Of a DNA stretch of 24,262 bases, positions 24,101 through 24,262 are shown one piece after another. The notes below the pieces were generated by a model that was not told the origin of the DNA, did not search any database, and saw only the letters and a list, made by a program, of their open reading frames with translations. The translations under genes and the position numbers were made by a program. The number at the start of each line of letters is the position of its first letter. The stretch's first letter is position 1. Origin of the DNA: Utricularia gibba (lineage: Eukaryota; Plantae; Magnoliophyta); NCBI GenBank assembly GCA_002189035.1, contig NEEC01000415.1, positions 1 through 24,262 on the forward strand, in the 5' to 3' direction.

Positions 24101-24135
24101 CGGCCCTAACCCAACCTGACCTTTGTCCCCTTCTA

Positions 24136-24262
24136 GTGCCCCCCAAGACCGCCTCCTCAAGTATAAAGTAAGTTGTTGAAAAAATCATGTGGGGTGCACG
24201 TGACATCTTACTTTAAACAAATGCATCATTATTTCGTCGACTCGCACCCGGTTGGGCTCATG
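24136..24262 (+). repeat. Terminal partial copy (127 bp); the array probably continues beyond the window
   Basis: Matches the start of the unit and ends at GGCTCATG, with no flanking non-repeat sequence at either window end. Confidence 0.9.

Larger units (their letters stand above)
1..24262. repeat. Tandem array of a 313/314-bp unit: 77 full copies, 1 truncated copy and 1 terminal partial copy, all in one orientation
   Basis: The unit start GTGCCCCC(C)AAGACC recurs at 1, 315, 629, 940, 1254, 1567, 1872, 2183, 2491 (truncated), about 2653, 2958, 3268, 3581 ... 8856, 9170, 9484, 9797 ... 23510, 23823, 24136. No unique spacers and no inversions. Mean full-copy length is about 311 bp because of scattered small deletions. 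Confidence 0.99.
1..24262. other. Interpretation: non-coding satellite DNA, probably eukaryotic; family not identified
   Basis: Inference from a tandem array over 24 kb, no coding signal, and an internal dimer of nucleosome-scale submonomers of about 157 bp, a size common among plant and animal satellites. No database comparison was possible. Confidence 0.6.

Noticed and set aside
1-24262. CRISPR array
   Set aside because: No short repeat alternating with unique spacers; the entire 314 bp is repeated.
24255-24262. Window ends exactly at CATG (NlaIII site) within the palindrome
   Set aside because: Two CATG sites per unit are intact throughout the array, so the end is probably arbitrary.

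Overview
The whole 24,262-bp window is one head-to-tail tandem array of a 313/314-bp unit (about 49.5% GC). By eye it holds 77 full copies, one truncated 162-bp copy (2491-2652) and a final partial copy (24136-24262). I find no credible gene, RNA gene, transposase or CRISPR array; every ORF in the track is the same few reading frames of the unit, re-spliced by indels. Copies differ almost only by 1-2 nt deletions at homopolymers and CpG-containing C-runs, which looks like long-read error on essentially identical units. The unit is a cryptic dimer of two diverged submonomers of about 154 and 160 bp, and carries several dyad symmetries and a strand-asymmetric C-rich tract. Best reading: a very homogeneous, probably eukaryotic satellite in a raw or unpolished long read. 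A rolling-circle concatemer of one 314-nt circle cannot be excluded. I cannot name the organism or repeat family, and I see no firm evidence of a new gene system.
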